Below are positions 35,129 to 50,100 of a DNA stretch of 64,000 nt, piece by piece. Made by a program: the position numbers and the translations under genes. This DNA is from an uncultured Christensenella sp. Lineage in GTDB: Bacteria > Bacillota > Clostridia > Christensenellales > UBA1242. Under the pieces are notes generated by a model. That model made no database searches. It was not told the DNA's origin and saw only the letters and a list, made by a program, of their open reading frames with translations. The stretch spans positions 8,823-72,822 of the forward strand of contig CAJUGX010000001.1 of assembly GCA_910586385.1 (NCBI GenBank), given 5' to 3'. Each line of letters starts with the position of its first letter. Positions within the stretch are counted from its first letter, which is position 1.

Positions 35129-38100
35129 TCACTTCGTTGCCAATTTTTCTCTGCGCTTCTTACGCCTCTTTGCCAAGATGATAAGAATTACAATCACAAT
35201 GACAAGAAGTGCAACAATGCCAACAATCAAATAGATGTACCACGTTTCCGTCTTGCTTGTGACAAAGACTGCATTTGGTGACAACACTCCGAAGAGTCCG
35301 CCATAGCTCAATGTGGCGAAAATGTACGCATTGAAAATCCCTGACACTTTGTGTCCATTGAAATTGAAGTACCCATTGAATGAATACTCAATCGTACCAA
35401 TAGGTGTCCAGAACATTTCCGAAAGATCAATGTCAGCCAGCAAGATATAACTTGCACTTCTGTATTGTCTTCCGCCTGTTGAAACCGCACCACTGTTGCA
35501 AAGTTTCATCATAAGCACCAAATCTTCAACCGAAGCAATCTCATAAGGATCGTCGTCAGTCCCACTGCCGTTGAATCCTGTCCTTATCACTTCGAAATTT
35601 TCCCAAAGAAGTCTTTCATACTTGATGTCAATTTGGATGCTTCCCACGATGTCATTGTCGTCCAAGAAATCCCTTGTAAACACAATATTTCCTTTGTCAT
35701 CTGTGAAGAGTTCAACAACATCAAACACTTTGTCATAATTCTTGACAACCAAAGAGCGTATCATGTATCTGGCATTTGTCACGAGCCCGATGGTTATGTT
35801 GTCAATATCAGCGGCAACAGTGACAAAATCTGTTGTTTTTCCACCAAACGTTGCATAACCAGCCAAATCCACGAAATTCATGTCAATTGTGTTTGGAACC
35901 TTGTCGGTCTTCACAAAGTCTCTGTTGATATAGATTGAAATGATTTCATTTCTAAACTTTGGCAAAATTCTCAAGAGTCCATCTTGTGGACAAGTTTTCA
36001 CTTCCATATCGAAATATGAAATTCCATCCGTGTAATTTGAGAATGTGATGTCATCTCTATCCCAAACAACGGCAAAGCCATAATCAACAGACACAGCAAA
36101 GGTAACCTTGTCCCCAACTTTGACGCTTACAGTGTCAATTGATGAGATAAACTTGCCCGCACTGTAATATCCAAGTCTATACGCCCTGATGTTGTTGTCT
36201 GTTGAAGTTGTGATGACATTGAGCACCTGACCAAATGTATAGTCATACAAATCGCCATTGGTGTCAACAAATGTCATGTTGAATGTCCTTCCCTGCAAGT
36301 TGAGGACAAGCGTTGTCTTTTCACTCACATGAAGTCCATCCCATTCTTTTGCCCACCAACTCTGCCCTGAGGTGATGTTGTTCCATCTTACAAAATCATA
36401 GTCGTTTTCATCAAAGTCTGCAACAAGTTTGAATGCCTTTGTTGTGTCAACATACTTGTCTGCAACAAGTGCTGAAGCCTGTGCATCTGATGAGGATTGT
36501 TCAACATGGAAGTCACCCACACCGCCATAAACCACAGCGTCAATCTTTGCAAAGTAAACAACTTGAATTTCACACTCAACAATTCCGTCAAGCTCGTTGG
36601 TTGACCATGGAATCTCATTTGAGAACAACTCATCTTCAAACAGATTTCCATTGATATCCCTTTGCTTGATGACAAACTTGTAGAATTTGTAACCATTTAT
36701 TGTAGGCGCTTTGATTGTGATGCTTGTGTTGAACGCAACTTCAATATAATGTTTTGAAGTTGGGTAGAACCAAGAGTTTGTATAGTCCACACCAAAAATC
36801 ATGTCTTGAGCAGTGATGTTTGTGCTGATATCTGGGACAAAATTGAATCTGATTCTTGTCTTGTAGAACGACCAATAAACATAGAGTGTAATTTCCATCT
36901 CACCAGTGTTTGGATTGAGCTTTGCATTGTCGGTGAGTTCGTATTTTGAAGTAAGGTTGTTGAGTTTATAACCACTCTCATACCAATCTTGGATTACATT
37001 TCCACTCGCATCAATGTACATTGTTCCTGCACCATTTTCGCTTGTGAAGAATCCTTCAAAACGATAATTTTGCACTGTCTTCAAGAATTCAAGTTTTCCA
37101 TTGACAAAATCAACAACACTAGAATCGGCAATTTGGATGTTTTCTTCATTTGCTTGATAGAGATTCAAACGAGAACCAAACTCAACATTTTTGATGATTG
37201 CAAGAGTGCTGCCCTCTTCAACAAGTTTGACAGTGTACTTGCTCGTGCTGAGGTTGATGAAAATCTTATTCTCAAACAGATAGTCTCTGACAACAAATCT
37301 TAACTTTCCAGTGTACCCATCAGTATTTACTGACAAGAGTGAATATTCCACTGAATCTCTGACAATTATGTCATTTTCGCAAGCAATACGAATATCGTTT
37401 GGATCAATGAAGAAACCAGATCTCACATAAGCAATCACTTCAAATGTGCTGTCAGTGTAAGCGGCGACTGTGATTGAAGAATAGTCTCTTCCTGAAGCAA
37501 ACACTTTGTGCTTGTTTTGAGCATCAACCGCATAAGTGATTGCCCCTCCATCAACATCTTCTTCATCAAGTTTGAATCCAATCTTGATATCATTCAAAGT
37601 TGGTCTAAACAAAACATCAATGTCAACTTCTGTTCCGCCGATTGCTCCAGCAATTGAGTAGATTGCATAAGTGTCCGTTTTTTCCAATTGAGAAATGGTG
37701 ACATCTCTAGATTCTGACACCACATCAAGGAATCTGTAACCCACTTTTCTTGTGCTAACCTTGATATAAACTGTTTCACCAGTATAGCCAATGACTCTGA
37801 ATGCTCTGTCATCAACAAGTTGTCCATCAACAAAGTTGTCAGCACTATAACGAGTCCTTGTTCCGTCAATATAGCCGTAAGCGTTTACCTTTTCGCCGTG
37901 TTCGCCTTGAAGTTCTGCACCACCAGCATCGACATTTGGCTCCCTTATGCCATCAATATCAATTTCTGTGTTGATGTTTATGTTGAAGCTGTAAGCCTTG
38001 ACAATCACATACAAAACAAATGTTGGGATGTCATCATCAAGCTCTACGCTTGAGATTGTAAATGACGCTTCTCTTGCATCAGTCTCTGCAACATCAAGCA

Positions 38101-41100
38101 TAACAAATCTTTCACCATTGTGGTATCCAAATCCATAGAATCTATAACCCGTTGGCACAACATAAGAGATTGTCTTGCTTGCTCCATAATAGAGCACGAG
38201 TGAGTTGATGTCTTCGCCAGTGTCGGCATCAATATATTTCTCTCCATGGTCAACAACTTCTTGATAGATTTCTCTTTCCATTGCTGGATTGCCATACTCT
38301 GAGTAGATGTGATAGTTGTTGAAAGTTGCAAATCTCATTGTAAACTTCATCGAAGAGAAGATTGCATAGATTGTTTCATCATCTTCGATGGTGTAGACAA
38401 GTGTCTCATCTGTGCTGAAGATGTTTACTCCGTCCTTGCTCCAACCTGCAAAGTTGTAAGTTGAATGCATTTGGTATGTAAGCGTGATTCTTGTGCCAAA
38501 TTCTGCTTCAATGCTTGAAAGTGAATTTTCAGTGATTGTTACTTTGTTTGCTGGCTCACTGACAAGTTGTTTGTTTTCATTGTAAGAGAGCACTTGTGTT
38601 TTCAATGTGAAGCGTGACAACTTTCCAACAAATGTGATTTGTCCATCATTTTCGATGTTTGTCACAACAATCTTGTAATAACCTTCATCTGCATAGAAGC
38701 CATCTGTCGCAAGAGTGCAACTCAAGTTGTAATCTCCAATCGTTTCGCAAGTGTCATACTCATAACCATGCTTAAACTTCAGATACATCTCAAGATTTTC
38801 GCCTGTGACAACTCTGAATGGTTTGAGATTGTCGAAGTCTGAATACTTGTATCCGCCAACCATCAAATCTTCAATCATTTGACTGTCCGCAAATTTGATT
38901 GTTACATCGTTGATTGTTTCGAGTGTAGAAAGTTTGATTGTAAGGTCTCTCAAAATGTTTGTGATTGTCAAAGTCAAAATGTCGCTCTCAATTGACACAT
39001 CAATTTGAGCATCAGCGTCGAGACATACAAAGTCTTCAATCATCTGATATCCATATTCTGCTGTCACAACAAGTTTGAGCGTCTTGCCAGTTTCAATCTT
39101 CACTTCGCGGGCATCAACAGGGATTGAAGTCTCCGTATCGGTTGTCTCATAAGCCAAAATGCCGTCGATGTTGTCTCCCTCAATCGTGATTGTGTTTAAG
39201 ATTGGAGAAGCAGCAACAACACAATCAATGTTTTGCGCTGGCATGTGAAGTGTCACTGTCACAACACCATTTGCAATTGTTGTTTCAAAGAAGTTGCACC
39301 ATGTGGCGGCAATCTCAGAAGAGAGTTCGTAGCCAGTGTCTGCCGTCACAGTGAATGTCACTTCAGTGTTGAAATCAACTTTTGAAAGTGTATAAACATT
39401 TCCGTTTTGGACAAATCTTGCCGTGCTTGAAGAAATTGAAACATGTTCTGCAGTGATGGCGAGATCAAAATTCAAAATTGTCCATCTTGCAGTAAGCGTA
39501 TGCTTTTCAACTGTTGAAAGCACGCTTGTGCCGGTGATTTGTTTGTCAGAAGCATCAAACCATCCGTCAAATTTATAACCCGTCCTCTCTGGGGTCTCAA
39601 TCCAATCTTCGCTGTCAGAATAGGTTGATTTGAAAGGTACGGTTATGTTTTTGTTTGTTGTCACTCCATCTGCAAAGTCGAGCGTGACAACCACGCCAAC
39701 TGCAACAAAGTTTGGAGTGAGCAAAAGTTTTGTATCACCTTCTGAAACAAGGTCAGAAAGTTTTGTGTTTTCCAAATCGGTGACAACTTGGTCTCCTGCA
39801 CTTATTGAAGTGAGTGTGAAACCATCTCTATTCAAACCGATATCCGCAAGTGTGAATGATTCGAGCTGCAGATATGTCGCTCTCCAAGAGTAAACATGGT
39901 CTTCCCCTTCAACAAAGTTCTTTGAAGAAATGCTTGCGTCAGTTGCACCTGAAAGGTCAACATCAACCTCAACCTTGTCAGCCTCAAATCTTGCAACAAA
40001 GCCATATGTTGCGCCAAGACTGTTTACTGTAAGCACAACTCCTTCTGCACTCTTTGAAACCACAACACCACTGACAGTTCCGTTGTCATAAAGGATGCTG
40101 CCAGTCGCATTATAGAAACCATAATAAGAGCAGTGTTCTTCTGCAACAGCAAGAAGAGTAAGTTTTGTTCCATAGTCAAATCTTGCAGAATAGCTTGAAG
40201 TGATTTCAACTTGATTTCCATCACCAGCATCGAGGATAACTTTTCCAAATGTTGCATCAGCACCTTTCTCATCAGCAACTTTGATGCTCACTTGATATGA
40301 ATTGATATCCCAATTTGCATCAAAAGTGAAGACGATTTGGTCTGTATTTTTGTAATATGTGCCAAGCACATTTGACTCGTTGTTTAAGAGAGTCTTCAAG
40401 AATGCAACTGTCTCTGCATTGTTTGAAACATCAATCTTGAATTCGTCATCTGCATAAACATACTCAAGACTTGATGCTCTAAGCACTGAGTTGAGATAGT
40501 TGTATTGAGAAGAGCCTTCTGCAATGTTTTTGAATGACATTGTCCACTTTTTGAATGCATAACCCGTCCTTCCTGTCAAGTTTGTAGGGAAGCATCTTGT
40601 TGATGTTGAGTTTGCATTTGCTGAGTTTGCTGAGAGTGTTGCATCAGACATAAATGGGAATGCCAATGATGAAATCTGTGGCAAACCGCTGGTTTCAACA
40701 TTTGATTTCACATTGCTGCCATTTGCGTTGTAGTTGAAATTGAGTCCAACGACAACTGCTTCAATCACACCATATTCATATGGAGCAAGAGTGTAGTTTG
40801 AATAGTCTCTCTCTGTTCCACCAAGTGTGAAAGTGATTGTGATTGATTGTCCAATAAACTCTGTTTGATATGTTGCGTCTGCAAGCACAACATCGTCATA
40901 AGCGTGGATTGTTGTCGTTCCGCCACTTCCATCTGAAACGTCCTTGTCTTTGTCAACAACACCGACAAGTCTGATTCTGTCATGCCCCTCTTCATCCACG
41001 AGCACAACGCTCTTTTCTCCATCATAGGTCTTTGTGAAGATTGTTTCAAGGTCTTCACTCACCCCTTCAAGAGTAAGAGTCCTTGGCACGATTGTCACAG

Positions 41101-44100
41101 TTGCATTTTCAAGAGTCGTTGCAGGATTTCCATTTACAACATAGACTGGTCTGAAGTCTGGAGTACCGTTTACGCAAGTGATTTCATAATCCCCAACTCT
41201 CAATGAACCGCTTGTTGAATAATCCTCATCTTGTGCAAATGGCATAAGGTTGACATCAATGCCCTTTTCATATCTGTTGAGATCGATTTCTGCAGAATAA
41301 TCAAAGTCCAAACGAATTTCTTCGCCATAGACAAAAGTTTGATTGTCTACTGAGATTGTCAATTCTGCAGGATGAATTTGTCCAATGAGTGGCTCACCAG
41401 AAGCCGTACTCATATGCAGATTGTAGTTTGTTTCGCCACCATTAAGTGTCGCTGAAACTACATAAGAATAACCAACATATTTGACAAGTTTGCCATTTTC
41501 GGTGAGTCTGATTGAAAGAGCCAATTCATCAAGGTCAGCTTCCAAAACTCCACCAAGCATTTCTGTCACATCATTATAAACAATTTCTGCGTCTTGGTTG
41601 TCAAACACTTTCACGACTGTGCTGTTCAAGAAGTAAACATCACGCTTGCCAATGTTCAAATAGAAACTTTGAAGTCCATATTTTCCGAGTACAACTGAGA
41701 AATTGTCCGCCGAAGCATTTTGCACGTTGAGCAAATATTCTCCAGCGTTCTTTCCGCCAACACCGTTTGCAAATTCGATGCTTGCTTTGAGACCATCAAT
41801 TGTCACACCTGTCTCACGGGTGTACTCGTCCGCATCAGCATCATATGTATAATAATTCAGGTCATAATATTGTTTTGCCGATGAAACTGCTGTGCTTTCA
41901 AACACGAGTTGATAGTTTTTGCTCCCAGCCTTTTGAGCGACTGAAACTTTGTCATAAAGATTTCCGTCATATGTGATTGAAGCAATTTCCCTGTCCGCTC
42001 CAGCCACCTTGTCGGCATTGCTCATCAAAATGTAAATGACATCCTGAGCCTTTGAAATTCTGAATGCCCCCTCACTTCTGTCTATTGTTGAAGAAACAAC
42101 ATAGTTCTTCGAAGTTGATGTTGCAGACAGCACTTTGTAATATCCAACCTCTTGCCCTTCTTCTCTTGTGAATCTCAAGCTAATTGTCTCATTGAGTGGA
42201 GTTTGGAAGTTTCCAACAAACATATCAGAGGTCGTCTCACTTGCGCCATAGATAAAAGTAAATTGTCCACTTGTTGCAAGTGCAACAGAAATCTCCAATG
42301 GATCAACTGTTATTCTCTGATTGTCAGCAAAGTGTAAATTATAGTTTGCTGAGGTATACCCTTCAGCAAGACTTACCAAATAGTTGTCACATTCCAAATA
42401 ACCAACTGATGAGTATGTTGCTCCCACGATGTCAAGAGAGAGTTTGTATTGTGTTGAAGAAATTGCAAATCCACCAGAGATTACGCTGTAAGGAACGCCG
42501 TCTCTTGATGTCAAATTTCCATAAGTGAAACTTGTTTTTGTAAGAGTGATATACGCTTCTGCTTTCTCAATTGTACCAACAAGATTTTCTGCATTCTTAA
42601 GTTCGTAATTGGTGCTCTTTGCCCCTTGCAAGAAGATTGTGACTGGGATATTTTCCCCCGCGTTTGCACTTTCAAATCTTGCAACAAGCGAAACTCCGTC
42701 TTCCCCAATCTTGCCGTCAAAGTCATCAATTGTGAATGATGAGACGCCTGAGTAAGTCCTTGTAAGATCTTTGTCGAGAGTACTTGCATCAATCTCTCTC
42801 TTTGCAATCACAAAGTTGTATTCTTCTTTGAAAGCAAAGTTTGAGTGAGTTCCAGCAGTTGCCTTGAATGACAATCTATAAGTGCCGGCATCCACAAAAG
42901 CTTTTGTGCTTGTGCCACTGAAAATTTCAAGGTCAGAAAGCACGCTCTTGTCAAGCACTGTCCCATCATTTGCAAGAGCAAAACTGATTGCGACATAATG
43001 ATTTGCACCATTATTTTCAATCACGAGTCTGCTTGACGCAAGGTCAACACTTATGTTGTGAGCAAGCCCATTGTAAACGTATCCAGAAAGTGCAGCCTTG
43101 TCAAGTGAGATATAGACAAGATTGTCCTCAGTCTTCACTTCAAAACCTTGGTTGCCTGCGTCAATGCTAAACACAACGCTTCCTTCAAGATATGACTCAA
43201 GTGCAAGCTCAACAGCATAGAAGCCCACACTTGCAGTGCTTCCGGCAGCCAATCCAACAACAGTGTAGAGGATTGTGATGTCGTCACCTGTTTCATTTAT
43301 TGTGTAGATTTCAGAAACGCTTGTAGGCACACTTTCGCTTGAAAGAATGCTGAATTGTCCAACAGCAATTCCCTTTTCAATTTGCTTTGCAGAGATCTCA
43401 ACAAATGGCAAGTCAAGTGTCATATTGAAATCATCAAATGAAGCAACTGCTTGAAGTTTGTATCTACCTTTATAAACATATCCATTTGCATTTGCCTTCG
43501 CTGAAGATGGCATTGCATAGGTTATGCTGTAATATCCACTTGCAAGAAGGTCAGATACATCGTTTCCATCTACATCGACAATCACATAATTTTTGTCGAC
43601 ATGGCTGTCAAGATTGCTGATTGAAATCTCGCCATATTCATAAGAATCTTTGTCCATTTTTGCAACAAGCCTTGCAGAAAGTTTGCTTATTGTAGCTTGT
43701 GCACTTCCTTCTGAAAGTTGATAGTTTGAAACCTCTTCACTGTCATTTGTATCACGCAAACTGAAGTCAACTCTTGTTTGTCCGACATGAGCATTTTCAT
43801 ATTCAGCATATATATAAACACCATCAAAACTGTCAATATCTTCAATTTTGTCTCCATTTGGAGTGAAATAATCAACAGTTTTTCCATCGTAGGTTTTGTT
43901 GATTACAAGTGCAGTTGTGTCAATCAAGATCTTGCCAACAACAAATTGATACCCTTGTCTAAACACCACGCTTGAGAAGCAATTTGAAATTGCGGAAAGT
44001 CCGGTGAATGAGTATGTATAAGTTCCGCTTGAAACCACAGTTGCATGAAGTTCGGTGTCAAAGAAGTTGATTTTTACGTTTGCAAATTTTTCAGTAACTA

Positions 44101-47100
44101 TATGCATAATTTCTGATCTATAAACTTCTTCTCCAGCAACCTCGTCATACAAATAGAGTTTCATTGATTTGATTAAACTTTCACCATTGAAAAGTTTAAG
44201 CGAGAATCCGTCAAGTTCGGCTCTGTATCCGTCCGCACTATAGCCCACCTCAATGGTCTCTGGATTTGAATCTGTCACTTCGTAGAAGAGTGTCAATGTT
44301 CCGCTTGTTGTAATTTCAAATGTGCCAACACTTGTTGTCGCACCAGCGGTTGTCAATTTTCCGTCACTGAAAACTGTGACACCATTCATCTTGACGAGAT
44401 AGTTGTCTTTCTTGTCTTCTGAAAGTCCAGAAAGTGTCAAGTCATAGTTTCCAACATTTTCACCCTTTGCTCTTGCAAAAGTGAAGCTCACATTTTCATT
44501 TGCCAAGTAAAGTTCTTTTACAAGCGTTCCATCTTGACCATTGAATGCTTTGTTGAATGAAATCTCGTATTCTGAAAGTTGAACAACATATGGATTGATC
44601 ACAACCTCAAATTCAACTGCTGCAAAGGTTGAAGAATTTGAATAAACAGAATCCTTTCCTTTTGCAGTGATGATGTAAGTCCCAGCGTTTTTCATTGAGG
44701 TGGTCTCCACACCATTTCTTCTGATCACAAAATCAAGATTTTTTGCACCCGCAAGATATTCTATGACAAAATTTGAGTCTGAACTGTATTCATCAGCCTG
44801 AGAATCATAGACTGCATATTCGATTGTTACATACCATCCATTTTTGTGATCTGCCGCATCATAATCAATTTCTGTGTCCCCCACAAAAGTGATTGACCTC
44901 AATTGGTTTTTGATAAATTCCATATCAAACAAAACTTCAAAACTTTGAGTCCCACCCTCATCACTTACAAGAGTGCTTGTCAAAAATTCTTTCTTGACGT
45001 TTGCAGTCACGACAAGTTTGTACAATCCGCTTTCTTCAACTGTACCATTTCCAGCAAGTGTCAATCTCTCAATCTTTGAGACAAGCTTGTCGTCCTTGTA
45101 CCACTCATAGGTATAATTGAACAAACCTTCATTTTTGTTGTGAATGTTTACGACGCTGGCAACTGCCAGATAGTCAAAACCATAAACACTTGTTTTGTAT
45201 TCTGTCAAGATTTGCTCATAGTCGATCTCTTCGATTTCCCACTTGGCCTCAAGTTCGACCTTGGCATGCCTGTCTGTTGATGAGAGCCCTTTGAACTTTC
45301 CATCAGTGCTGTCAAAGAGTGTCTCATAAGAGCCTTTTGTCTTTGTAGAAACCAAAGACGCAAGCTTGAATCCATTTTCACTTGGCATCAAAAGTTCTTC
45401 AACAGTTGATTGTCCAAGTTTGAGCCAAGATGATGTTGGAGATGATGTTGAATAATTTGATGGGAAGTTGAGATTGTAACTTACGAAAACCATATCAGTA
45501 TAAACTGCATACAATTTGTAAGCCATCAATTCCCCTTCATTTGATGAAATAAGCGATTTGTCAATTGTATAACTTGTGTTGTTTTCCATTGTTCCATCAA
45601 TGCTGTATGTTGGAGCTTCAGCCCACTTATATAGTGCAAGATAGTCTGACAATGACTTTTCGGCAACAACAACTGAAACATTCAACACAAATTTTGACAA
45701 GATGATTGAAACGGTGTTGTTATTGTTTCTTTCAATCTGACATATGACGTTTCCACCATCTTCGTATGATCTTTCTTCAAGTCCATCTGTTGTGTTTGAA
45801 ATTCTCTTTGCACCGCCACCAATATCATAAGTGACTTGTGTAATTTTGAGAAGATCTGTTGGCATGTCGCTTGGCAAATCTGTGAAGTCCATAAATCCAT
45901 CAATAGATGACAAATACTTTGTTGAGACTTCAACTGAAGCAACACCATCAATGTTGAGGATCGTAAATACAAAACCCTCGTCAAGCACAAGCATAAATTT
46001 GTTTGTCACATCAGTGAAAGCCGTCTCTCCTTCTTCGGTTGTTGATCTTTCAAAGATAGAAACATTTGCAAAGTAGAGATAGTTGTCATCAGAAACGAAA
46101 TCAAAATCTGTGTCAACTTTGTCGTTTCCAAGATTTGATGTATACAAGTCTGCACGAGCAAACAAGTTTTCATCAATTTGATAATACCCCTCAAATCCTT
46201 CAATGTTGAGAGTTTTTCTATCACCTTCCCAAGGCACTGAAACATTGATAAGGTTTCCATTGTAATATGCTCCACGTGACTCAGTTTTATCTTCGAGCAC
46301 AAAGAGCTCAGGCATGATATAAATTCTTCCAAGATAGATGTAAGCCTCACCATTCTCGTCAAAATTCAAAGAGTAATTGCTGAGATTGCTTGCCGCACCA
46401 GCATTTTCGATAACCGCTCTGAAATAATAAAGCGTGTCAACATTCAAAGACCCTGAAACTATTTCAACTCTGTCAATAGAAATCTCTGTTTTTGGATTTT
46501 CCACACTTGAAGAGGTGAGTGCAATGGTGTTGTTGTACATTGAAATTGTTCTTGCTGAAGTCTCAGCGTGATCATAGAAATCAAAGAAGTAAATCCTTTC
46601 AAGGATGTTTGCGACATCAGTTGGATTTTCTATCTTCAAATCTTCAAAGTCGGCATAAGTCAATGTCTTATATTTGACAAAGTCAGTTGAAGTGATCATG
46701 TAATAATATTTGTAAGCCACAAACTCATACGCTTGCTTGTTTGTAATCCCCGCTGGGATTGTAGTATCAAGATTCTTCAGGACATTATTTACAAATCCAG
46801 TAAATGTGTTGCAATTGTTCAATCTTGTTTGGGTTGTCTTTGAAACAAACTTGGACATAAGCCTCTTGACATTGACAAGCCAAACATCTTCATTGTCATC
46901 TTCGATGAGCGCATTCAAATCTGCCGCATCAATCTGTGCATAAAGATTGATTGTCTGACTGTACAAAGAGTTTCCTTCGATTATCAAATCTTCGATTGAC
47001 AAAACCAAAGAAAAGTTGTATTGCCCGACATTTCTTACTGAGAACGAACCATTTCCCTCAATCTCAACAGATTCTGAAACAATCTCGAAAATCACTTTTG

Positions 47101-50100
47101 CATGCACATTGTCTTTCAATGTGATTGAGATGGTTTGGTCATCAACAATTTCAATGTTGTATCCGTTTGGCGTGTAGCCATTTCTGAAATATTCTGCAAT
47201 GTAGAAAACGACATCAGATGAAGTATAAGCTTTTGCAATCGCATTTGAGTCAAATGTCAAGCCGACATAAGATGAGTCAAATTGCCAATCAATGAAAAGT
47301 GTAAGCGATGCACTTCCATCTTCTCTCAAAACACAGCTTGGCAATGTCTCACTGAAAAATGTTGTTGCAGTGATTGTCTGTCTATAAGCTCCGCTTGAAT
47401 AGACTCCATTATATATGAAGCCTTCACGAGTTGGAGCATTTTCTCCACCAGAGAGACCAAGTGCCTCAAAAGCAGCTTCAAACGTAGTCCCATAAGTTAT
47501 GTCAAATTCGACTTTGCTTTCCGCCTCTTCTCCTGCGATTGTGTTTGCCCCATTTGTGACAAGTTCAACTATGTATGTCTTTGGAGACCAAAGCGCATAT
47601 ACACTGAGATTTGATGTGAGGATATAATTTCCTTCAGCATCAAATATTCCGTCAAACTCTTGAGGCTGCCCATCTGCATCAAACACCACTTCATCAGCAT
47701 TGTCGATTGTATACGTCCAACCTGAAAGAGCATAACCTACTCTTGAAATGTCGTCAAAAGTGAGAGCATTTGCAACTTTTTGGTCATAAAGGACAGAAAC
47801 TGCAACAGTTTCGTTTGACGAATTATTTCCCTCAAACAAACCTTGATTTCTCACAAAGGAAATTGTATAAGCATTTGGCGACCACGCTCTGTAGAGCACC
47901 AGGCTTATCGAAGTCTCATCGTCTGAAGTCCCTTCAAAATAAGAACTTGCGATGTACAATTGAGAACCATTCAATGTGCCATATGATGCACCATTTGACC
48001 AGTTCCAATAAGCATTTGATGGAGTCGAATAACCTGTTCTTTCAGCGTACAAGCTGTCGATGACAATTGTTTTTTCAACGCCGTCAACTTTGACGTTCAT
48101 CTCTTGATTGAGGTTGATTGTGTCGCCAACTCTGACATTTCCAATCTCAACCTTTGTGTTGGAAGTGCTTACTTTGTTTTCTCCATCCATGTAGAAAACA
48201 TCGCCATTCTTTCCATCTGTGTATTTTCCTTCAAATCCCTCACCTGTCCCGGAAGAGACAAACAAGTTTGCAGTCTTTCTTGTAAGCATTGGCACAAGTG
48301 AATAATTTGTTGAATTTAGCAATGTCTCGTCATTCTCAAGTTTGTCAAGAACAAACTCTTTGATTGAATAATTGTTGTTGAAAACCCCATTGTTGAATGC
48401 GTCTGGATCTGAAGAAGCGCTTATTGTTTTCGCAATCGCATTTGAAGCATTCAAAATCACAAATCCACTGAAATAATAAGAGTCTCCGTTTGTCCCACCT
48501 TTTGCGAATGAGATGTTCCAATTCATCTCGCTGCTCACTGCCGTCGCGTAAGCATAAGAATAATCAAATCCGCCAAATGTTATGTCAATTCCCAAACTTC
48601 TTGCCGTTACATAAACATCTTGTCCAGCAACCGAAACTCTCGCGTCTTCGCCAAGTGGAAGGATGTGAATTTCTTTTCTGATATAAACAGCACTCAGTGT
48701 CAATGAATAATCTCTAAGCCCTGTCTTTTCTGTTGCACCAACTGGAAGTCCATAATATAAATTAGAAAAATCGAATTCGATGTTTGTTTTTCTTCCAAGA
48801 TTTCGGTTGAGGTCCGTCAAGAACCCTGACCAAATTTCACTTTCAACGTACCAGTCGTAGAAAGTGTATGCCTTGTTGTTTCCAAGAGCAGTGTTCATTG
48901 TCACCACATTATTGTACACAACTTTGTCAAAACCTGACTCAATGTCAGAATCTTTCACCATGGCTGAAACTGAAGGAGCATTGTCTCCGGTCTCACTTGT
49001 GAAAGAGTCTTTTCCATAATTTCCATTTTCATCAAACTTGACAAATTGTGTGTCAAAATTCAATGAATAGTTGACTGGACTGCAGACAAATTTGATGACA
49101 TATCTTCCCGCACGGATTGGGTTTTTCCCTTGTCCAAAAGTGAGTGAAAATTCATATGTATCTCTTTCTGTCTTTGTTGCATTTCTGTAGTATGTTGGCT
49201 CGCCATTTTTACTTACAACACCCGTCCCAAAATAATTTGCATTGAAAGCAGCGAATGTATTTTTCCAACCTTCCCCATTGTCAGTCTCGCCTGCCTCCGT
49301 AGCGACTGCAATTGCAGAAATGAGGACGTTTTCATTTCCAGTCAAGTTTCCATTTGACAACACAATTGATATTCTGCTGTCAACCCTACTTTCAAGAAGC
49401 CTATAATAGTCTGACGCTGTGAAGTTGACCGCAATTGTTTGGGTCCCACTTTCAAGGATTTCATAGTTTGTTCCATTTGGCAAACTCACAATTGGAGCAT
49501 GATTTCCGCTTATCTCAACCTCTTCTCCGCCGACATATTCAACAAATTTCCATTCAAGAGAAACTTTTGTATATTTGGATACAAGAGTGATTGTGGTGTT
49601 GTTTGAACCATAGCCATTTTCTTGTTTGATAATTCCAATTTGACTCAAAAGCGAGTCAGCAATTGTTTCAATTTTTATGTCATGGCGAAGCTTCTTAAAT
49701 CCGCCTTCGCTCGCAACAAGGATTTCAGTGTTTGCATTTTCACGCCTGTCATTCTCGCTGCCATTTCCAAAGTTGTCACAATTGGTTTCAGAAATCACAG
49801 TATCGGAATCATTATCTTTCACGCTTCCCAAAATCGAAAACTCTGCACCTGTCAGATATGAAATACTTGAAATTGTTTCATCATCAGGCAAATTTGCTCT
49901 TACGATGAGATCAATCTTTTTCCACTGTCCATCTTCAAACACAACTTCATAGAAGGCATAAGAACTTGCATCTTCCGTCGCATTTTCGTCGAGTGACGCC
50001 TCTTTGACAATTCTGAAATACCTTGTTTGTGCACCAGCATCAAATGTATAGCCAAGCAAGATGTCAACATATGAAGACATATCAATTTCAAAAGCATACC

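Noticed and set aside
49333-49351. A 19-nt exact repeat CATTTCCAGTCAAGTTTCC, also present at 52843-52861 inside the giant gene.
   Set aside because: Both copies encode the same hexapeptide G-N-L-T-G-N with the same preferred codons, and the flanking sequence differs immediately. This is most simply short-motif coincidence rather than a recombination or DGR-type template. No reverse transcriptase is present.
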